A stretch of 47,539 nucleotides of DNA, taken from a virus (taxonomy: Duplodnaviria; Caudoviricetes). The notes under the pieces are model-generated. The model searched no databases. It saw only the letters and a program-made list of their open reading frames with translations, and was not told the origin of the DNA. Position 1 is the first letter of the stretch. Every line of letters begins with the position of its first letter. Below are positions 45,761 through 47,539 of the stretch, piece after piece. Location of the stretch: IMG/VR virus record IMGVR_UViG_3300003860_000008, positions 1-47,539 of that record, one strand, 5' to 3'. The position numbers were made by a program, and so were the translations under genes.

Positions 45761-47539
45761 ATGATAGAAAACTCAAACTTCAGACTTAAAGAGATTCCTA
45801 ATTTCCATCCAGAATTAGAATATTATGATCGTAAAGAATTTTGGGGTGGTGAGAAAAGAAAATGTATTGAAGGATATTGGGTTGGTGGTAAATGGATGCC
45901 TGGACCTCTTTATTATTATATTAACTTTCATAATATTCTATTTGAGGACGATTCTTCAGTTTCTCAAGCAGTAGGACTTCCTTTCCTTAGAGATATTGAT
46001 TGGGAGTTATTTTTGTATTATGAAGAATGTAGAGGTTTCTCAGGATTTGAATTTGATACAGATACTACGTGTGATAGAAAATATGGTCCTGAATTAGAAG
46101 TATCATTAAAACTAAAAAGAATTACTCAATCAGAAGCAGATTCTAAAACATATATTAATGCTCGTGACTACCTTAGAAAACATCATGGTAAGAATTTAGG
46201 TAAACCTTTGTATAAAAATTCAGCTAAACATTTCTTCTCGATCCAGAGTCGAGGCGGTGGGAAAGCAACACCTTGGTTTACGAAAATCTATACTCCTGAT
46301 GGATTTAAATTAATGCGTGATGTAGAAGTTGGAGATCAAGTAATTGGTTCAACTGGATCACCTATTACAGTTTTGCAGAAACATCCTCAAGGTGAACAAC
46401 CTGTATGGGAAGTAGAATTTCAAGATGGTAGAAAATCTTATTGTCATGAAGGACATTTATGGGAGGTAACTAAACGTGGAAGAAAAAATAAAAAAGAAAT
46501 TTTATCAACTTTGGAACTTTTCAATAAAGGTGTATGTACAGATTTAGGATATAGAGTAGTTTATAATTATTATATACCGAAGTCCCCAGTAACACAACAT
46601 ACTGAAAAAATTCAAACAATTCCTCCTTATGTATTAGGTGCTTTATTAGGAGATGGTACAATGACAACATTAACTCCAAAAATAGCAAGTAGTGATATTG
46701 AAACAATTGAAAGATTTAGAATATTGCTGCCTGATCATGAATTAGTACATGATAAATCTACAACAAATAATTATACAATTGTTTATAGAGGTCAAAGAGG
46801 AACTTTTAATAATAGATTTGGAGCACCCTCGCTTCCAGATAAATCAAACCCATTAACAACAGCAATTAGAAATCTAAAATTAAATGTGACATGTGAATAT
46901 AAATTTATACCTGACGAATATAAATATGGTTCTGTAGAACAACGTTTGGAAATTGTAAAAGGATTAATGGACTCAGATGGGTGTTGTACATTAGGTGGGC
47001 AATGTGAATTTACAAATTCATCATTACAATTAGTAAAAGATTTAAGAGAAATTTTAAATTCTTTAGGAATTAGATGTCATATTGGTAAAGCTGATGATAG
47101 AGTTGGTAGAGTACATGAATATCAAGGACATCTAATTCATTGTAATAAAATTTGTCATAGATTACATATAAATCCTTCAGATACGATAATTTTCCATTTA
47201 ACAAGAAAAATTAAAAGACAAGGTGTAAAATCAGTTTTTGATAAAGTTGCAATAAAAAATATTAAAAAACTAGATTCTAATCAAGAGCAATTCTGTATAA
47301 CAGTTGATTCAAATGATCATTTATATTTAACTGAAGATTATATTGTAACGCATAATTCTTATGGTACTAGCGGTATTTGCGATCATAACTTTCTATTTGA
47401 TGGAGCTACTGATTATGATGTTTATTTAGAACGAAAAAAAATAAAAAAATATTTAGCATCTGATACTATTGTAGGAGCAATTGATACAAAGTATTCAGCA
47501 CCTTTGATGAAAAAGTGTACAACTGCTTTTGATTATTAT
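45761..47539 (+). CDS. terL: Terminase large subunit, intein-containing, 3'-truncated (missing from ORF track)
   Basis: MIENSNF...FW..EKRKCIEG...MPGPLYYYINF...PFLRDIDW; Walker A SRGGGK/S split by intein; frame runs off the window end. Confidence 0.88.
   Translation, partial: MIENSNFRLKEIPNFHPELEYYDRKEFWGGEKRKCIEGYWVGGKWMPGPLYYYINFHNILFEDDSSVSQAVGLPFLRDIDWELFLYYEECRGFSGFEFDTDTTCDRKYGPELEVSLKLKRITQSEADSKTYINARDYLRKHHGKNLGKPLYKNSAKHFFSIQSRGGGKATPWFTKIYTPDGFKLMRDVEVGDQVIGSTGSPITVLQKHPQGEQPVWEVEFQDGRKSYCHEGHLWEVTKRGRKNKKEILSTLELFNKGVCTDLGYRVVYNYYIPKSPVTQHTEKIQTIPPYVLGALLGDGTMTTLTPKIASSDIETIERFRILLPDHELVHDKSTTNNYTIVYRGQRGTFNNRFGAPSLPDKSNPLTTAIRNLKLNVTCEYKFIPDEYKYGSVEQRLEIVKGLMDSDGCCTLGGQCEFTNSSLQLVKDLREILNSLGIRCHIGKADDRVGRVHEYQGHLIHCNKICHRLHINPSDTIIFHLTRKIKRQGVKSVFDKVAIKNIKKLDSNQEQFCITVDSNDHLYLTEDYIVTHNSYGTSGICDHNFLFDGATDYDVYLERKKIKKYLASDTIVGAIDTKYSAPLMKKCTTAFDYY
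46265..47356 (+). mobile_element. Intein (364 aa) with LAGLIDADG endonuclease, Ala1 / class 3-type
   Basis: Begins ATPWFTKIYTPDG; block B CHEGHLW; PYVLGALLGDG and GLMDSDG; ends QFCITVDSNDHLYLTEDYIVTHN/S. Confidence 0.92.

Overview
AT-rich fragment of a lytic Bacteroidota phage with crAss-like (Crassvirales-type) gene content and order, read in the standard genetic code. It opens with the 3' end of a giant virion/cargo-type gene (+). A roughly 38 kb minus-strand block follows, carrying nucleotide-metabolism, replication, recombination and early genes: Gmk-like kinase, ThyX, MazG-like pyrophosphatase, ATP-dependent ligase, a UDG homolog with degenerate catalytic motifs, PD-(D/E)XK nuclease, RusA-like resolvase, SF1/SF2/SF4 helicases, primase, Sak4-like ATPase, family B polymerase and many small ORFs. 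Next come a non-coding divergence region, a GIY-YIG gene and a small minus-strand cluster (exoribonuclease, GroES). The window ends at the start of the packaging module, in a terminase large subunit that carries an Ala-initiated (class 3-type) LAGLIDADG intein. The most notable unexplained structure is non-coding: (1) a covarying kissing-loop RNA leader with its own promoter in front of all three NUMOD4-HNH-AP2 endonuclease genes; (2) an integrase-less array of attC-like sites at 32.2-33.75 kb, in which genes sit inside short inverted arms with a shared 32-nt end motif; (3) several long structured non-coding tracts, including a chain of interlocking helices at 40.9-41.2 kb, and two aberrant tRNA-like elements. 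All protein calls come from motif recognition by eye; no database search was run.
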